DNA of 64,000 nt. It comes from Atribacterota bacterium. Its GTDB lineage: Bacteria > Atribacterota > Phoenicimicrobiia > Phoenicimicrobiales > Stramentimicrobiaceae. The translations under genes and the position numbers were made by a program. Below, one piece after another: positions 26,983 to 40,024 of this stretch. The number at the start of each line of letters is the position of its first letter. Positions within the stretch are counted from its first letter, which is position 1. The stretch lies in contig JAXGNR010000008.1 in the NCBI GenBank assembly GCA_040767965.1, positions 1 through 64,000 of the forward strand. The letters are read 5' to 3'. Under the pieces are notes generated by a model. The model was not told where the DNA came from. It did not search any database and saw only the letters and a program-made list of their open reading frames with translations.

Positions 26983-28923
26983 ATGGTTAAAAAGATATTA
27001 TCAAACCAATCTCAATATACTGCTAAAGAGATACAGGTTTTAGAAGGCCTAGAAGCCGTAAGAAAAAGACCAGGAATGTATATTGGCACTACTGGCAGCA
27101 AAGGATTACATCATTTAATTGATGAAGTGGTTGACAATAGTATTGACGAGGCAATGTCAGGGTATTGTAATAAAATTCAAATAATAATACATGAAGGTAA
27201 TAGCGTTACTGTTATTGATGATGGCAGAGGAATACCTGTTGATATACACAGCAACACTAATTTACCAGCAGTTACTACTGTTTTAACCAGATTACATGCC
27301 GGAGGGAAGTTTGGTAGCGGGAGTTATCAGGTTTCTGGCGGCTTGCATGGAGTTGGAATCTCAGTGGTAAACGCATTATCAGACTGGCTTGAGGTAACAG
27401 TAAGCAGAGACAATAAAATATACTATCAAAAATTTCAAAGAGGAACCCCTGTTAGTGAATTAGAAATTATTGGGAATACTAAAAAAACAGGAACAAAAAT
27501 TACTTATCATCCTGATCCTGAAATATTTGAAGATATACATGTAAGTTTTGAAGTTGTTGCTCATCGATTGAGAGAGCTTGCTTTTCTTAATGCTGGTATT
27601 AAAATAGAATTGTCTGACGAAAGAAACAATAAGTCTGTTGTTTATAAATATGATGGGGGTATTGTTGAATTTGTAAAACATCTTAACAAGAACAGAGACG
27701 TTTTGTTTAGTAAGCCATTCTATGTTAGTGGTAAAAAAGATGATGTGGAAGTTGAAATTGCGGTACAGTATAATACTGGATATTTGGAAAATATCCTTTC
27801 TTTTGCTAATAATATTCATACAGAAGAGGGAGGAACCCATTTATCTGGTTTTAAAACAGCCTTAACTAAAACGATAAATGATTATACTAAAAATGAAAGC
27901 ATACCGAACCAGAAAAAGTTTTCCCTAAAGGGATTAGAGCAGGGGCTTTCAGGAAACGATGTCCGTGAAGGACTAACCGCAGTAATTAGTGTTAAATTAC
28001 TAAATCCCCAGTTTGAAGGCCAAACCAAAACAAAACTTGGAAATAGTGAAGTAAAAGGCATTGTTTCTTCTATCGTAAACGACAAGCTAAGCACATATTT
28101 TATTGAAAATCCCGATACGATCCAAAAAATATTAGAAAAATCCATATCTGCCTATAAAGCTAGAGAGGCAGCCAGGAGAGCCAGAGAGCTAGTAAGACAA
28201 AAGAATGGTATTGGATTAGGGGCATTACCGGGAAAATTAGCAGATTGTTCAGAAAAAGACCCGATGCATCGAGAGATATTCATAGTAGAAGGAGATTCGG
28301 CAGGTGGTTCAGCCAAGCAGGGTAGAGATCGAAAATTTCAAGCCATTCTTCCTTTAAGGGGTAAAATATTAAATGTAGAGAAGGCTCGTTTACATAGAAT
28401 ATTATCTAATAATGAAATAAAGTCAATTATTACCGCTTCCGGATTTCAGATAAATGATGAGGACGAGTTTGATCTTTCACAGTTAAGATACCATAAAATT
28501 ATTATTATGACTGATGCAGATGTGGATGGTGAGCATATAAAAACTCTTTTATTAACATTATTTTATCGCTATATGAGGCCTTTGATTGAAAAGGGAAAGA
28601 TTTTTGTTGCCATGCCTCCTCTCTTTAAATTAAGCTATAACAAGAAGAATGATTATATTTTTAATGAAGAAGAATTAAATAAGAAACTAAAAGAAATAAA
28701 CAGCAGTTATTCTTTGCAGAGATATAAAGGATTAGGAGAAATGAATCCTTCTCAATTATGGGATACAACTATGAACCCTGAGACTAGAATGTTAAAGAAA
28801 ATTGAGCTGGAAGATGCAATTGAAGCAGACGAAATGTTTAATATTTTAATGGGTGATAAAGTAGAGCCCAGAAAAGAGTTTATCTATTTGCATAGTGCTG
28901 AAGTAAAAGATTTAGATGTTTAA
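26983..28923 (+). CDS. gyrB: DNA gyrase subunit B
   Basis: [50 protein letters not shown]. Confidence 0.97.
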   Translation: MVKKILSNQSQYTAKEIQVLEGLEAVRKRPGMYIGTTGSKGLHHLIDEVVDNSIDEAMSGYCNKIQIIIHEGNSVTVIDDGRGIPVDIHSNTNLPAVTTVLTRLHAGGKFGSGSYQVSGGLHGVGISVVNALSDWLEVTVSRDNKIYYQKFQRGTPVSELEIIGNTKKTGTKITYHPDPEIFEDIHVSFEVVAHRLRELAFLNAGIKIELSDERNNKSVVYKYDGGIVEFVKHLNKNRDVLFSKPFYVSGKKDDVEVEIAVQYNTGYLENILSFANNIHTEEGGTHLSGFKTALTKTINDYTKNESIPNQKKFSLKGLEQGLSGNDVREGLTAVISVKLLNPQFEGQTKTKLGNSEVKGIVSSIVNDKLSTYFIENPDTIQKILEKSISAYKAREAARRARELVRQKNGIGLGALPGKLADCSEKDPMHREIFIVEGDSAGGSAKQGRDRKFQAILPLRGKILNVEKARLHRILSNNEIKSIITASGFQINDEDEFDLSQLRYHKIIIMTDADVDGEHIKTLLLTLFYRYMRPLIEKGKIFVAMPPLFKLSYNKKNDYIFNEEELNKKLKEINSSYSLQRYKGLGEMNPSQLWDTTMNPETRMLKKIELEDAIEADEMFNILMGDKVEPRKEFIYLHSAEVKDLDV

Positions 28924-28961
28924 ATTGTATTAATTAAGAAAAATAAGTGGGTTATTATAAG

Positions 28962-31517
28962 ATGAATGATCATATAAATGTAAATGATGAAAATAACTTA
29001 AACAAAAAAAACCAGGAACAAGAGGAGCTGGAAAAAGAAGAGAATGCTCTTAGCAACCCTCGGGAAATTAGTGCAGATGTTACCGAAGAGATAAAAACAG
29101 CTTATATTAATTATGCAATGAGTGTAATTGTTGGGCGTGCCATTCCCGATGTTAGAGATGGATTAAAACCAGTACACAGAAGAGCCCTTTATTCTATGTA
29201 TAAATTAGGGAATACACACGATAAACCCTATAAAAAGTCAGCTAGAATCGTAGGGGATACTTTGGGGAAATATCACCCTCATGGTGATACAGCTGTTTAT
29301 GATACGATTGTCAGGATGGCTCAGGATTTCTCCTTTAGATATCCATTAGTTGATGGGCAGGGTAACTTTGGATCAATTGATGGAGATTCTGCAGCTGCTA
29401 TGAGATACACAGAAGTAAGAATGTCTTCTTTGGCAGAAGAATTATTAGTTGATATCAGAAAAGATACAGTTGACATGATACCAAATTTTGATAATTCTCT
29501 TGAAGAACCATCAATCTTGCCTGCTCCTTTCCCGCAACTGTTAATTAATGGTTCTTCTGGAATTGCAGTAGGTATGGCGACTAATATACCTCCTCACAAT
29601 CTGGGAGAAACAATTGATGCCTGTATTTTGTTGATAGATAAACCAGAGGTATCAATTAAAGAAATTATGAAAGTTTTACCAGGCCCTGATTTTCCTACAG
29701 GAGGAATAATCTATGGAGTTTCCGGGATACAGGAAGCTTATAAGTCAGGCAAAGGTATTATTACGCTAAAAGCCAGAGTTGTTACTGAAAATTTTGAGAA
29801 AAAAAGCAAATCAGCACCTGTTTTGATTGTAAAAGAATTACCATATCAGGTTAATAAGGCAAAGCTGGTTGAAGAAATTGCAAACCTGGTTCAAGATAAA
29901 AAAATTAATGATATTACTGCTCTTAGAGATGAATCAGACAGGAATGGTATGCGCGTTGTTATAGAGTTAAAGAAATATGCTAATACAAATGTTGTGTTAA
30001 ACAATTTATATAAACATACCAAACTGCAAACCTCTTTTGGTATAAATATGTTGGCTATTGTGGATGGGAGACCAAAACAATTAAATATTAAAGAAGCCCT
30101 GGAATGTTTTTTAAGGCATCGCAAGGTTGTAGTTGAAAGGCGTTCTCGTTTTGAATTAAAACAGGCAAGAGCTAGAGCTCATATTTTAGAAGGTTTAAAA
30201 GTTGCTCTATCTAATATTGATGAAGTTGTCCAGATTATAAAAAAATCTAAAAATGTAGAAGAGGCACATAAATCTTTAAGAAATCGTTTTCAATTAAGTG
30301 ATAAACAAGCACAGGCTATTTTGGATATGCGTCTGCAGAAACTCACATCGTTGGAAACCGAAAAATTAGAAGAAGAATATCGTGAATTGATAAAAAAGAT
30401 TGCTTATTTACAGGACATACTGGAAAATGAAAAAAAATTAATGTCAACAATTAAAGAGGAATTAATAGATTTAAAAAATAAATATGTTGATAATCGCCTT
30501 TCACAGATTGTATTAGAAGAAAAAGAGCTGGAAGTAGAAGATTTTATAGCAGAAGAAGATATTGTTATCACTTATACCAAGGATGGTTATTTAAAGAGAT
30601 TACCATTAAATACCTATAGAAAACAAAGAAGGGGCGGCCGTGGAGTGATAGGTATGGGTGTCAAAAAAGAAGATCTGGTAGACAATCTTTATATTACTAC
30701 CAACCTGCATGATATTTTGTTCTTTTCAAGTGATGGCACTGTTTATAGAAGAAAAGCCTATCAGATTCCCGAAGGAGGAAGAACTTCTCGTGGGATTGCT
30801 GTTGTTAACCTCTTAGGGATTAGCAAGAATGAAAGGATTACAACTGTTATTCCTATCAGAAGAGATGATATTGACAATTCTTCTCAGGAAAACAAATGGT
30901 ATCTTTATATGGCTACAAAACGCGGGAAAGTTAAAAAAGTCCCCTTAAGCGCTTTCTCAAATTTAAAGAATAAGGAAATTGTTGCTATTTCATTAGTAAA
31001 AGATGATGAATTAATCAGGGTTCGATTAGCAGGTGATGAAGACAATGTAATTTTAAGCACCAGAAAAGGGAAATCTACTTACTTTTCTGGCAGTAACGTC
31101 CGTTCCATGGGTAGAACAGCAATGGGGTGCAGGGGGATGATTTTAACAAAAGATGACTATCTTATTGATATTAGTTTGGTAAATCCTGATACTAAAGAGG
31201 ATCTTCTTTTAATAACTGAAAACGGATCAGGGAAAAGAACTCCTTTAAAATCTTATCGATTATCTAAAGCAAGAGGATGTAAAGGGGTTAAATCGATAAG
31301 GCCAAGCAAAGATCGTGGAGAGGTTGTCTCGGTGAAAGTAGTGAACGAAAGAGATGAACTGGTAATTATTAGTCAAAAAGGAATTATAATAAGAGTTCCA
31401 GTCAAAGAAATTAGCCAAACCGGAAGAAATTCCATGGGTGTAAAGGTTATGAATTTAGATGAAGACGATAAAGTGGCCAGTGTAGCTACTGTTCCTCAAT
31501 CCCAGGTGATTGATTAA
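28962..31517 (+). CDS. gyrA: DNA gyrase subunit A
   Basis: [23 protein letters not shown], GyrA-box QRRGGRG; ATG 28962 (GTG 28947 alternative). Confidence 0.97.
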   Translation: MNDHINVNDENNLNKKNQEQEELEKEENALSNPREISADVTEEIKTAYINYAMSVIVGRAIPDVRDGLKPVHRRALYSMYKLGNTHDKPYKKSARIVGDTLGKYHPHGDTAVYDTIVRMAQDFSFRYPLVDGQGNFGSIDGDSAAAMRYTEVRMSSLAEELLVDIRKDTVDMIPNFDNSLEEPSILPAPFPQLLINGSSGIAVGMATNIPPHNLGETIDACILLIDKPEVSIKEIMKVLPGPDFPTGGIIYGVSGIQEAYKSGKGIITLKARVVTENFEKKSKSAPVLIVKELPYQVNKAKLVEEIANLVQDKKINDITALRDESDRNGMRVVIELKKYANTNVVLNNLYKHTKLQTSFGINMLAIVDGRPKQLNIKEALECFLRHRKVVVERRSRFELKQARARAHILEGLKVALSNIDEVVQIIKKSKNVEEAHKSLRNRFQLSDKQAQAILDMRLQKLTSLETEKLEEEYRELIKKIAYLQDILENEKKLMSTIKEELIDLKNKYVDNRLSQIVLEEKELEVEDFIAEEDIVITYTKDGYLKRLPLNTYRKQRRGGRGVIGMGVKKEDLVDNLYITTNLHDILFFSSDGTVYRRKAYQIPEGGRTSRGIAVVNLLGISKNERITTVIPIRRDDIDNSSQENKWYLYMATKRGKVKKVPLSAFSNLKNKEIVAISLVKDDELIRVRLAGDEDNVILSTRKGKSTYFSGSNVRSMGRTAMGCRGMILTKDDYLIDISLVNPDTKEDLLLITENGSGKRTPLKSYRLSKARGCKGVKSIRPSKDRGEVVSVKVVNERDELVIISQKGIIIRVPVKEISQTGRNSMGVKVMNLDEDDKVASVATVPQSQVID

Positions 31518-31551
31518 TATTATAATTGTTACAGGATTAAATATCTAAGAT

Positions 31552-31589
31552 AAAAAAACCCCAATAATCTTATATTTATTGGGTTTTTT
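31552..31589. terminator. Bidirectional terminator (gyrA / M20 peptidase)
   Basis: AAAAAAACCCCAATAA...TTATTGGGTTTTTT between convergent genes. Confidence 0.7.
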
Positions 31590-32787
31590 ATCTTGTCAGC
31601 CATTGAAGTGCTATATTTTTATAGATACGATAGGCGCTTAATAAAGATTCAATTTCTACAAACTCATCTTTTTGGTGAGCCTGTTTAATGTCTCCAGGGC
31701 CAATTATTACCACAGGCATATTACCTTCGTTTCTTAGGAAGGTCATATCACAACAGGCTGTAAAGCCAGCAGGCTGAATTGTTTTCTGTAATTCTTCACT
31801 GGCCACTTTTAAAGAAACTTTTCCAATTAACTCATCAGGTTCGGTAAAGGCAGGCTGGGTACTTCTAATTTTTTTTAAAAAAACTTTGACTGTAGGATTT
31901 TTGTCCTGAAATTCCTGTAAAACTTTTTTTATTTGACTTATTATATATTCTTCCTGCTGACCAGGAATAATTCTTCTATCAATTGAAACCACGCATTGAT
32001 CAGGAATAACATTAACTGCTGTTCCTCCATTAATAGTAGTAATAGCCATTGATGCATGCCCTGTATAAGGTTCTGTTTCTTTTTCTACTGTCAAAGATAG
32101 TTTGTCCAGTAAAGGTATTAATTTTGCCATATAGGAAATTGAATTAACTCCTTTGCGTGGACTGCTGGCATGAGCAGCGTTTCCTTTTATTGTTATTTCT
32201 AATCTTATTACTCCTTTATGGGCAAATTTAGGTTCAAGGTTTGTTGGTTCTCCTAAAACAGCCGCCTCTGCTTTATATCCTTTCTGCATTGCTATTTGTG
32301 AACCAATACCGCCTCTTTCTTCTCCGCCTACCACCATTAAAAGCAAACGACCATTCAGGTCTTCGATTACCGGAATTAAACTTTCAAAAGTTACCAGCAT
32401 TGCAGCCAGGGATCCTTTATCATCACAAGCACCAAGTCCAAATATTTTTTTTGTTTTAATAGAAGGCTGAAAAGGATTTTTGGTCCAATTATTTTCATCT
32501 GCTGGTGGCACAGTGTCTAGATGTGAGTGTAAAATTAATGAATTCTCACCTGTTCCGATTGAAGCAACAATGCCTATTTTGTGGTTTTTATAATAAAGTA
32601 AATCATATTCTACTTGCATTTTTTTTAATCTTTTTTCCAGGTATTCAACCCCATCCTGCTCCATCCCGCCTTCCTGGTAAGTCTTTATTTTAATTAAATC
32701 CTGTAATGTGTTAATAATATTTTCTTTTATTGACAGAGAATCATTTTCTAACAATCTGGAGTAACTGGATGAATCTTCTTTTTTCAT
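31588..32787 (-). CDS. M20-family metallopeptidase (ArgE/DapE-like deacylase)
   Basis: HSHLDTVP, GLGACDDKG, GGEERGG, GEPT, HKG, GPGDIKQAHQKDE. Confidence 0.9.
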   Translation of the reverse strand: MKKEDSSSYSRLLENDSLSIKENIINTLQDLIKIKTYQEGGMEQDGVEYLEKRLKKMQVEYDLLYYKNHKIGIVASIGTGENSLILHSHLDTVPPADENNWTKNPFQPSIKTKKIFGLGACDDKGSLAAMLVTFESLIPVIEDLNGRLLLMVVGGEERGGIGSQIAMQKGYKAEAAVLGEPTNLEPKFAHKGVIRLEITIKGNAAHASSPRKGVNSISYMAKLIPLLDKLSLTVEKETEPYTGHASMAITTINGGTAVNVIPDQCVVSIDRRIIPGQQEEYIISQIKKVLQEFQDKNPTVKVFLKKIRSTQPAFTEPDELIGKVSLKVASEELQKTIQPAGFTACCDMTFLRNEGNMPVVIIGPGDIKQAHQKDEFVEIESLLSAYRIYKNIALQWLTR

Positions 32788-32800
32788 ATAATAGTCCTTT

Positions 32801-33844
32801 TTAATTAATTCCTAATATTTCAAATACTACATTTAAAACAATTTCTATATCTTTTTTTTCAATTCCCAGGTGGGTGACAAATCTGATTTTTTTACCATTT
32901 GCGGGAGCATTAACCTTGATATTTTTTTCAAGGAGCTTACTGCAAAAAAGATCATTTTGAATATGCGGAGGAGTGTTGGCATAAACCATATTTGTTTGAA
33001 CATTTTCTAAATCTAGATTAAATCCTAAATTTAGAAGTCCTTCGGCAAGCAAAATAGCATTTTTATGATCATCAATTAATCTATTTATATTATTTTTTAG
33101 TGCATAGATACCAGCAGCAGCCATTAGCCCGCCTTGTCTTAATCCTCCTCCTAACATTTGTCTGTTTTTTCGAGCCTTGGCAATAAAATCTTTAGTACCA
33201 ACCACAATTGATCCATAAGGACACCCTAAGTCTTTTGAGAGGCAAAAGGTAATCGAATCAGCTTCTTTCACGAGGTCCGAAGCTTCAGTCTGAGAACAAA
33301 TAGCAGCATTAAATATTCTTGCACCATCAATATGTATTTTTAGACCGTTTTGATGTGCAGCAAGACATAAACTATTAAATAACTTCTTTTTTAAGATAGT
33401 ACCGCCAGCAGCATTATGTGGGTTTTCAATACACAGCAGAGTGGTTTTTGAAGATAGAATTCTGTTATCGCTTATATTTTCAGCAATATCCTCTATACCA
33501 AAAAAACCATTTTTGCCTATAATACATTTAGGAAGCAATCCGGCAATTGCACTTATATTACCGCTTTCACAGCGAAAGATATGGGAGTCTTTTTCCAGCA
33601 AGACAGATTCACCACGGTTAGTATGACTCATTATTGATACCAGGTTACCCATAGTACCGCTTGTTACAAACAATCCGGCTTCTTTGCCTAAAAGATGGGC
33701 AGACAATTCTTCTAATTCTTTAACAGCAGCATCATCACCATAAAAATCATCACCAATCTGGGCATTGTTTATAGCAACCAGCATTTCTTTTGTTGGCATT
33801 GTAACTGTATCGCTTCTTAAATCAATTACCTTATTCTTGATCAT
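32801..33844 (-). CDS. ltaE: Low-specificity L-threonine aldolase
   Basis: DLRSDTVT, SGTMGN, HIDGARIFNA, CLSKDLGCP, GGGLRQ, RFVTH. Confidence 0.9.
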   Translation of the reverse strand: MIKNKVIDLRSDTVTMPTKEMLVAINNAQIGDDFYGDDAAVKELEELSAHLLGKEAGLFVTSGTMGNLVSIMSHTNRGESVLLEKDSHIFRCESGNISAIAGLLPKCIIGKNGFFGIEDIAENISDNRILSSKTTLLCIENPHNAAGGTILKKKLFNSLCLAAHQNGLKIHIDGARIFNAAICSQTEASDLVKEADSITFCLSKDLGCPYGSIVVGTKDFIAKARKNRQMLGGGLRQGGLMAAAGIYALKNNINRLIDDHKNAILLAEGLLNLGFNLDLENVQTNMVYANTPPHIQNDLFCSKLLEKNIKVNAPANGKKIRFVTHLGIEKKDIEIVLNVVFEILGIN

Positions 33845-33992
33845 CTAATTCTCCATTCGATATTTTTCCAATTTTTTCTAAAGAATTACTTCATAAACTA
33901 TATCAAACCATTCTTTAATTTTCCAGTATATCTGTTTTGAAAAAATTATGAAACCAAAAATAAAAGAAGTAAACAGCAGGAGCATTCATTAA

Positions 33993-34021
33993 TTGACATA
34001 AAAAGTGGAAAAACTTATAAT
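33993..34021 (+). promoter_or_regulatory. Consensus sigma70 promoter of the T-box leader
   Basis: TTGACA 33993-33998, 17 bp, TATAAT 34016-34021. Confidence 0.85.
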
Positions 34022-34029
34022 TAAAAATG

Positions 34030-34298
34030 AAAGAATGCTTTTAAGGAAAACTAAATCTTTTTATCTTATACAGAGAACCGCAGTTGGTGTAAAGGCGGTT
34101 AAGAAAAATGATTAAATTCCACCTTAAATGTAGTTCCAGTCTACAAAATATTTTTGTTATTTGTTTAACTTTATAAAACATAATAAAGATTATTATTCAG
34201 AAAGAGCAGTTCACTCTGTTGAATTAGGGTGGTACCACGTGATTAAACTCTCGTCCCTAGGATTTTACAGTCTATAGACGGGGGTTTTTTGTTTTTTT
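34030..34298 (+). ncRNA. T-box riboswitch, serine specifier (UCC)
   Basis: Stem I TTTAAGG/CCTTAAA, AG box CAGAGA, GGTGTAA loop, specifier TCC at 34118-34120 followed by A; T-box AATTAGGGTGGTACCACG 34222-34239; antiterminator partner CGTCCCT; terminator with U-tract to 34298. Confidence 0.9.
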
Positions 34299-34314
34299 CA
34301 GAGGGATATTTGTC

Positions 34315-34743
34315 ATGGAAAAATATATAGTTATTGAACATACTGCAGATATAGGGTTAAAAGTATTAGGTAATACTAAAAAGGAATTATTCATAAATGC
34401 TGCCAGAGGAATGTTTTTTCTTATTACCGGATTGTCTCTGGATAAGAAACCTTTTAAAAAACAATATTTACCAGTTGAATGCAATGCAGCAGGACTAGAG
34501 GATTTACTGGTTGCCTGGTTAAATGAACTGCTTTTTATCCATAACACCGATTTTCTTTTTTTAAATGAATTTAAGATAGAAAGCCTGACAGGTAATTTTC
34601 TTAAATCTCAAGTAGGAGGATTTAGATTAAAGGAGTTTCCTTGTAAAATAAACAATGAAATCAAAGCAGTAACTTATCATAATTTAAATATTTCTAAAAA
34701 TAAAAAGAAACAATGGGAAACTTCAGTAATATTTGATATTTAA
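34315..34743 (+). CDS. Archease (RtcB activator)
   Basis: EHTADIG, LLVAWLNELLF, EIKAVTYH, C-terminal IFDI. Confidence 0.93.
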   Translation: MEKYIVIEHTADIGLKVLGNTKKELFINAARGMFFLITGLSLDKKPFKKQYLPVECNAAGLEDLLVAWLNELLFIHNTDFLFLNEFKIESLTGNFLKSQVGGFRLKEFPCKINNEIKAVTYHNLNISKNKKKQWETSVIFDI

Positions 34744-34808
34744 AATATTCTCAATATTTAATTTATAGTTCATTATTACAAGTGGTATTTTGGAAAGGGT
34801 TTATTAGA

Positions 34809-36266
34809 ATGGGAACAAACTGGGAAGAAATATTAATACAAAAAAATGAAGTTATATGGGATATACCAAAAGAAATTTTTTCAGGGATGATGGTAGATGG
34901 ACGTATCTATGCTTCTATAGGATTGATAAACCAGATAGTCCAAGATCAATCATTACAACAGGTAGTTAATGTTGCTTTTTTACCAGGTATAGTCGGTTAT
35001 TCCTTGGCAATGCCAGATATTCATTGGGGATATGGTTTCCCTATTGGCGGAGTTGCTGCTACCCGAGTTGAAGATGGGGTTATTTCACCTGGAGGTGTTG
35101 GTTTTGATATTAATTGCGGGGTAAGATTAATCAGGTCCAATTTATTTATTAATGATCTTAAAAGTAAATTAGAAACCCTATTGGAATTGCTCTATAAAAA
35201 AATTCCTTCTGGTGTAGGAGCAGAAGGCAATCTTAAATTAACCCCTTCTGAATTAAAACAGGTTTTGGCAGAAGGAGCACAGTGGGTTATTAAAAAAGGA
35301 TATGGGGAAAAAGACGATTTTTTGTTTAGTGAAGAAAAAGGGAAAATGATTCATGCCAATCCAGAGATAATTAGCAAAAAAGCTTTACAAAGAAGTGCTA
35401 CTCAACTGGGAACATTGGGTTCAGGAAATCATTTTTTAGAAATACAGATTGTTGATAAAATTTATCAACCGAAAATAGCACAATCTTTTGGTCTGGAAAA
35501 AGATATGGTTGTTATTGCCATTCATACAGGATCCAGAGGATTTGGTCACCAGGTCTGTACTGATTATTTATCAAAAATGCAGAAGGCTGTACAAAAATAT
35601 CATCTTAGTTTACCAGATAAACAGCTAGCTTGTGCACCGATAAATTCACCGGAAGGTCTGGAATATTATCAGGCAATGTGTTGTGCAGCTAATTTTGCCT
35701 GGGCTAATCGCCAATATATAACTTATTGGATTAGAGAAATTTTTGAAAATGTTTTTCGTATGACAGCTGACCAAATAGGACTGAATCTGGTTTATGATGT
35801 TGCCCATAACATTGCTAAAAAGGAAATGCATCGATTTGCTGGAAAAGAAATGCAATTATGTGTACATAGAAAAGGAGCAACCAGGGCTTTTCCGCCAGAT
35901 CATCCTGATTTGCCTGCAAAATATCAGCAAGCTGGACAGCCTGTACTTGTTCCAGGGGATATGGGAAGATATTCATACTGTTTAGCCGGCAAAAAAGAGG
36001 CGATGGAAAATACTTTTGGGTCAGCTTGTCATGGAGCAGGCAGGATATTAAGCAGGGGAGCTGCCAAAAAAGAAACTGAAGGCAGAAATATCAGTGCAGA
36101 ATTAAAAGAAAAAAATATTTTAGTTAAAGCAAGAAATAGAAATACTCTGCGAGAAGAGTTTCCCGCTGCCTATAAAGATGTTTCAGAGGTAGTAAAAGTA
36201 ATAGAAGTTAGCAATATATGTGAAAAAGTAGCCAGAATGCGCCCCTTAGGAGTTATCAAGGGTTAA
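34809..36266 (+). CDS. rtcB: RNA-splicing/repair ligase RtcB (archaeal/eukaryote-like long form)
   Basis: MPDIHWGYGFPIG, GFDINCG, GSGNHF, HTGSRG, AHN, HRKGATRAF, CHGAGR, C-terminal KG; all metal/GMP residues intact. Confidence 0.96.
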   Translation: MGTNWEEILIQKNEVIWDIPKEIFSGMMVDGRIYASIGLINQIVQDQSLQQVVNVAFLPGIVGYSLAMPDIHWGYGFPIGGVAATRVEDGVISPGGVGFDINCGVRLIRSNLFINDLKSKLETLLELLYKKIPSGVGAEGNLKLTPSELKQVLAEGAQWVIKKGYGEKDDFLFSEEKGKMIHANPEIISKKALQRSATQLGTLGSGNHFLEIQIVDKIYQPKIAQSFGLEKDMVVIAIHTGSRGFGHQVCTDYLSKMQKAVQKYHLSLPDKQLACAPINSPEGLEYYQAMCCAANFAWANRQYITYWIREIFENVFRMTADQIGLNLVYDVAHNIAKKEMHRFAGKEMQLCVHRKGATRAFPPDHPDLPAKYQQAGQPVLVPGDMGRYSYCLAGKKEAMENTFGSACHGAGRILSRGAAKKETEGRNISAELKEKNILVKARNRNTLREEFPAAYKDVSEVVKVIEVSNICEKVARMRPLGVIKG

Positions 36267-36275
36267 AGCAATTAA

Positions 36276-37601
<1,326 letters not shown>

Positions 37602-37689
37602 GGTAAAATTTGGTTGCTAATATAATACATGTCTGTTAATATTATTTATTGTTAAACTAACAACCAGATCAACAGATTTTATTTTTTGC

Positions 37690-37775
37690 GGAGGGATGTC
37701 CGAATGGCAAGGGGCCGGTCTTGAAAACCGGTGTAGGCGTAAGCTGTCTGGGTTCGAATCCCAGTCCCTCCGCCA
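37690..37775 (+). tRNA. tRNA-Ser(TGA)
   Basis: Acceptor GGAGGGA/TCCCTCC, G discriminator, encoded CCA; anticodon arm CCGGT-CTTGAAA-ACCGG; long variable arm; T-arm CTGGG-TTCGAAT-CCCAG. Confidence 0.95.
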
Positions 37776-37997
37776 GTTTAATTACTTTTAAATAAAATAA
37801 TTAATCCACATAAAAAACTTAATAAAACTTCAAATTTATAAAAAAATACTTTCTAAGAGTTTCCAAATCCATTTTGCATTTACTTGTAATAACATAAAAA
37901 TCGTACGATGTGAAAAGAAAAGAATATATTCACAAAATATTTTTTCCCGGAAATAAGAACAAATAACAAATATTATAAAGAATACAGGTGGATTGGA

Positions 37998-39359
37998 ATG
38001 CAGTTTAAAACAATTAGAATAATAATAGTTTTCTCAATTATATTATTTTCTTTTTACTCCTTATCTTCAGCACAGGAATTCATGGAATCATCTTCAAATG
38101 AAGTAGCAATTAATACAATTTGGACTTTACTTGCAGCATTTTTAGTATTTTTTATGCAACCAGGTTTTGCAATGGTAGAAACAGGGTTAACCAGAGCAAA
38201 AAATGCTGCCAACATTTTAATGAAAAATCTAATGGATTTCTGTATTGGATCCATTGCCTACTGGATAATCGGATTTGGAATAATGTTTGGAATGGATAAA
38301 ATCGGATTATTTGGAATTAGTGGTTTTTTGTTAAGTGATGCTACTCCTTTAACAGAAGAAGGTATGTGGAATTTTGCTTTTTGGATGTTTCAAGTAGTAT
38401 TTGCAGCAACTGCTGCTACTATTGTTTCAGGTACTTTAGCTGAAAGAACTAAGTATATTTCTTATTTAATTTATTCTTTCTTTATTTGTGCCTTTATTTA
38501 CCCGGTTGTAGGTCATTGGATTTGGGGAGGAGGTTGGCTTTCTAATAGAGGTATTATTGATTTTGCTGGTTCTACAGTTGTTCATTCGGTAGGAGGATGG
38601 ACTGGTTTGGCTGGAGCTATAGTTTTAGGTCCACGTTTAGGTAAATATAATAAAGATGGAACTTCTAATGCAATCCCAGGGCATAACCTACCATTGGCAG
38701 CCTTGGGAGTCTTTATACTTTGGTTTGGCTGGTTTGGTTTTAATCCAGGAAGCACTATTTCTGGTACAAATTTAAGCATTGCGATTATTGCAGTAACAAC
38801 CAATTTGTCAGCCTCAGCCGGTGCTTTATCAGCAATGATTACCTCCTGGTTCAGATTTAGCAAGCCAGACACTGGCATGTCCTTAAACGGGGCATTAGCT
38901 GGTTTAGTAGCGATTACTGCTCCTTGTGCAAGCGTATCACCACTAAGTGCAGTAATTATAGGTTTTGTTGCAGGAATTATTGTTGTGCTAAGTGTTGAGT
39001 TTATTGATAAAGTACTTCATATTGATGACCCTGTTGGAGCCATATCTGTCCATGGATTGTGTGGAGCTTGGGGGACATTATCAGTAGGCCTTTTTGCACA
39101 AGCATCTTATGGAAAAGCAAGCGGGGTTGGTGCTGTAAATGGGCTATTTTTTGGAGGAGGATTTAGTCAACTCTCTTCTCAATTGACTGGAATAATAATA
39201 GTATTTCTGTATGTATTTGTTTCAGGATATATTCTTTTTTATTTAATTGATAAATTAATTGGATTAAGGGCTTCTGATGAAGAACAATTAAAAGGATTAG
39301 ACTTAAGTGAACATGGGAATGAATCTTATGCAGGATTCCAGATTTTTACTACTGAGTAA
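37998..39359 (+). CDS. amtB: Ammonium transporter
   Basis: FMQPGFAMVE, DFAGSTVVHSVGG, WFGWFGFNPGS, DDPVGAISVHG, GLDLSEHG. Confidence 0.95.
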   Translation: MQFKTIRIIIVFSIILFSFYSLSSAQEFMESSSNEVAINTIWTLLAAFLVFFMQPGFAMVETGLTRAKNAANILMKNLMDFCIGSIAYWIIGFGIMFGMDKIGLFGISGFLLSDATPLTEEGMWNFAFWMFQVVFAATAATIVSGTLAERTKYISYLIYSFFICAFIYPVVGHWIWGGGWLSNRGIIDFAGSTVVHSVGGWTGLAGAIVLGPRLGKYNKDGTSNAIPGHNLPLAALGVFILWFGWFGFNPGSTISGTNLSIAIIAVTTNLSASAGALSAMITSWFRFSKPDTGMSLNGALAGLVAITAPCASVSPLSAVIIGFVAGIIVVLSVEFIDKVLHIDDPVGAISVHGLCGAWGTLSVGLFAQASYGKASGVGAVNGLFFGGGFSQLSSQLTGIIIVFLYVFVSGYILFYLIDKLIGLRASDEEQLKGLDLSEHGNESYAGFQIFTTE

Positions 39360-39374
39360 AGGAGACAGGCGAAA

Positions 39375-39716
39375 ATGAAATTAATAACTTGCATGATACA
39401 ACCGCACAAGCTTCCTGATGTTAAAAAAGAATTATATAATGCAAAAGTGTTTAAAATGACTGTTACTAATGCGCTGGGGTGTGGACAACAAAAAGGTTAT
39501 ACTAAAACCTATAGAGGAGTGATAACTAAAGTAAATTTATTAAAAAAGGTAAAATTAGAAATTGCAGTAAATAATGACTTTGTAGAAACTGCAATAGAAG
39601 CAATTATTAAAGGAGCAAGGACAGGAGAAATCGGTGATGGAAAAATTTTTATCCAGGATCTTCTAGATTGTATTAGAATTAGAACAGGCGAGTCTGGAGA
39701 AACTGCTATTGGGTAA
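39375..39716 (+). CDS. glnK: P-II nitrogen regulatory protein
   Basis: [11 protein letters not shown]-loop, [20 protein letters not shown]; adjacent to amt. Confidence 0.9.
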   Translation: MKLITCMIQPHKLPDVKKELYNAKVFKMTVTNALGCGQQKGYTKTYRGVITKVNLLKKVKLEIAVNNDFVETAIEAIIKGARTGEIGDGKIFIQDLLDCIRIRTGESGETAIG

Positions 39717-39789
39717 CAATAATTTCAAAAAAATAGTAGTTGACAAAAAATTTATTCTTTAAAAAAGAAAAAGGCTGTTATTTAAAATA

Positions 39790-39954
39790 CAGAAGTGTAC
39801 CTAGGGTTCCGCTTTAAGTTTAGATAAAAATAGATTAAACATAAAGGGCTGGTCCAAGCGGTACAGACATCAATATAATTATGTTACACTTTTGGGGAAA
39901 AAGCCCAAAGGAGAGGTTCTGTGAAAGAATTTCTTCTTTGGGCTTTTTCTATTT
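39790..39954 (+). ncRNA. ykkC-type riboswitch (probably ppGpp subtype) with overlapping terminator
   Basis: CAGAAGTGTACCTAGGGTTCCG...CTGGTCCAAGCGGTACA...ACAC...GGGGAAAAAGCCCAAAGGAGAGGTTCTG; P0 CAGAA/TTCTG; the aptamer 3' end forms the terminator stem with TTCTTCTTTGGGCTTTTT. Confidence 0.85.
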
Positions 39955-40024
39955 TATAAAATATAAAGCAAAACAATTTAAAAAGTTTAAAACAAAAAAT
40001 AAGCAGGGATGGTATCTAAATAAC

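Noticed and set aside
29260-29310. Gyr[13 protein letters not shown] (Thr at the Ser83 position) as a resistance mutation
   Set aside because: Thr is the wild-type residue in many taxa
31588-33844. ltaE and M20 peptidase as part of the Ser T-box regulon
   Set aside because: Transcribed divergently; a T-box acts only in cis on its own transcript
34272-34547. Minus-strand 91-aa ORF across the T-box terminator and archease
   Set aside because: Antisense to a clear archease; no family features
37690-37775. tRNA with TGA as a possible selenocysteine/suppressor tRNA, or an intron-containing RtcB substrate
   Set aside because: Anticodon TGA reads UCA (Ser), whereas Sec needs TCA; normal 7-bp acceptor stem and no intron
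37870-37960. GlnR/TnrA or NrpR operator upstream of amt (TGTGAA...TTCACA, TTCCCGGAA)
   Set aside because: Spacing does not fit TGTNA-N7-TNACA or GGAA-N6-TTCC; insufficient support
39881-40024. 48-aa N-terminal extension of GltB in the ORF track
   Set aside because: It overlaps the riboswitch aptamer and terminator; GltB similarity begins near ATG 40025 (GLY...EHDNCG)
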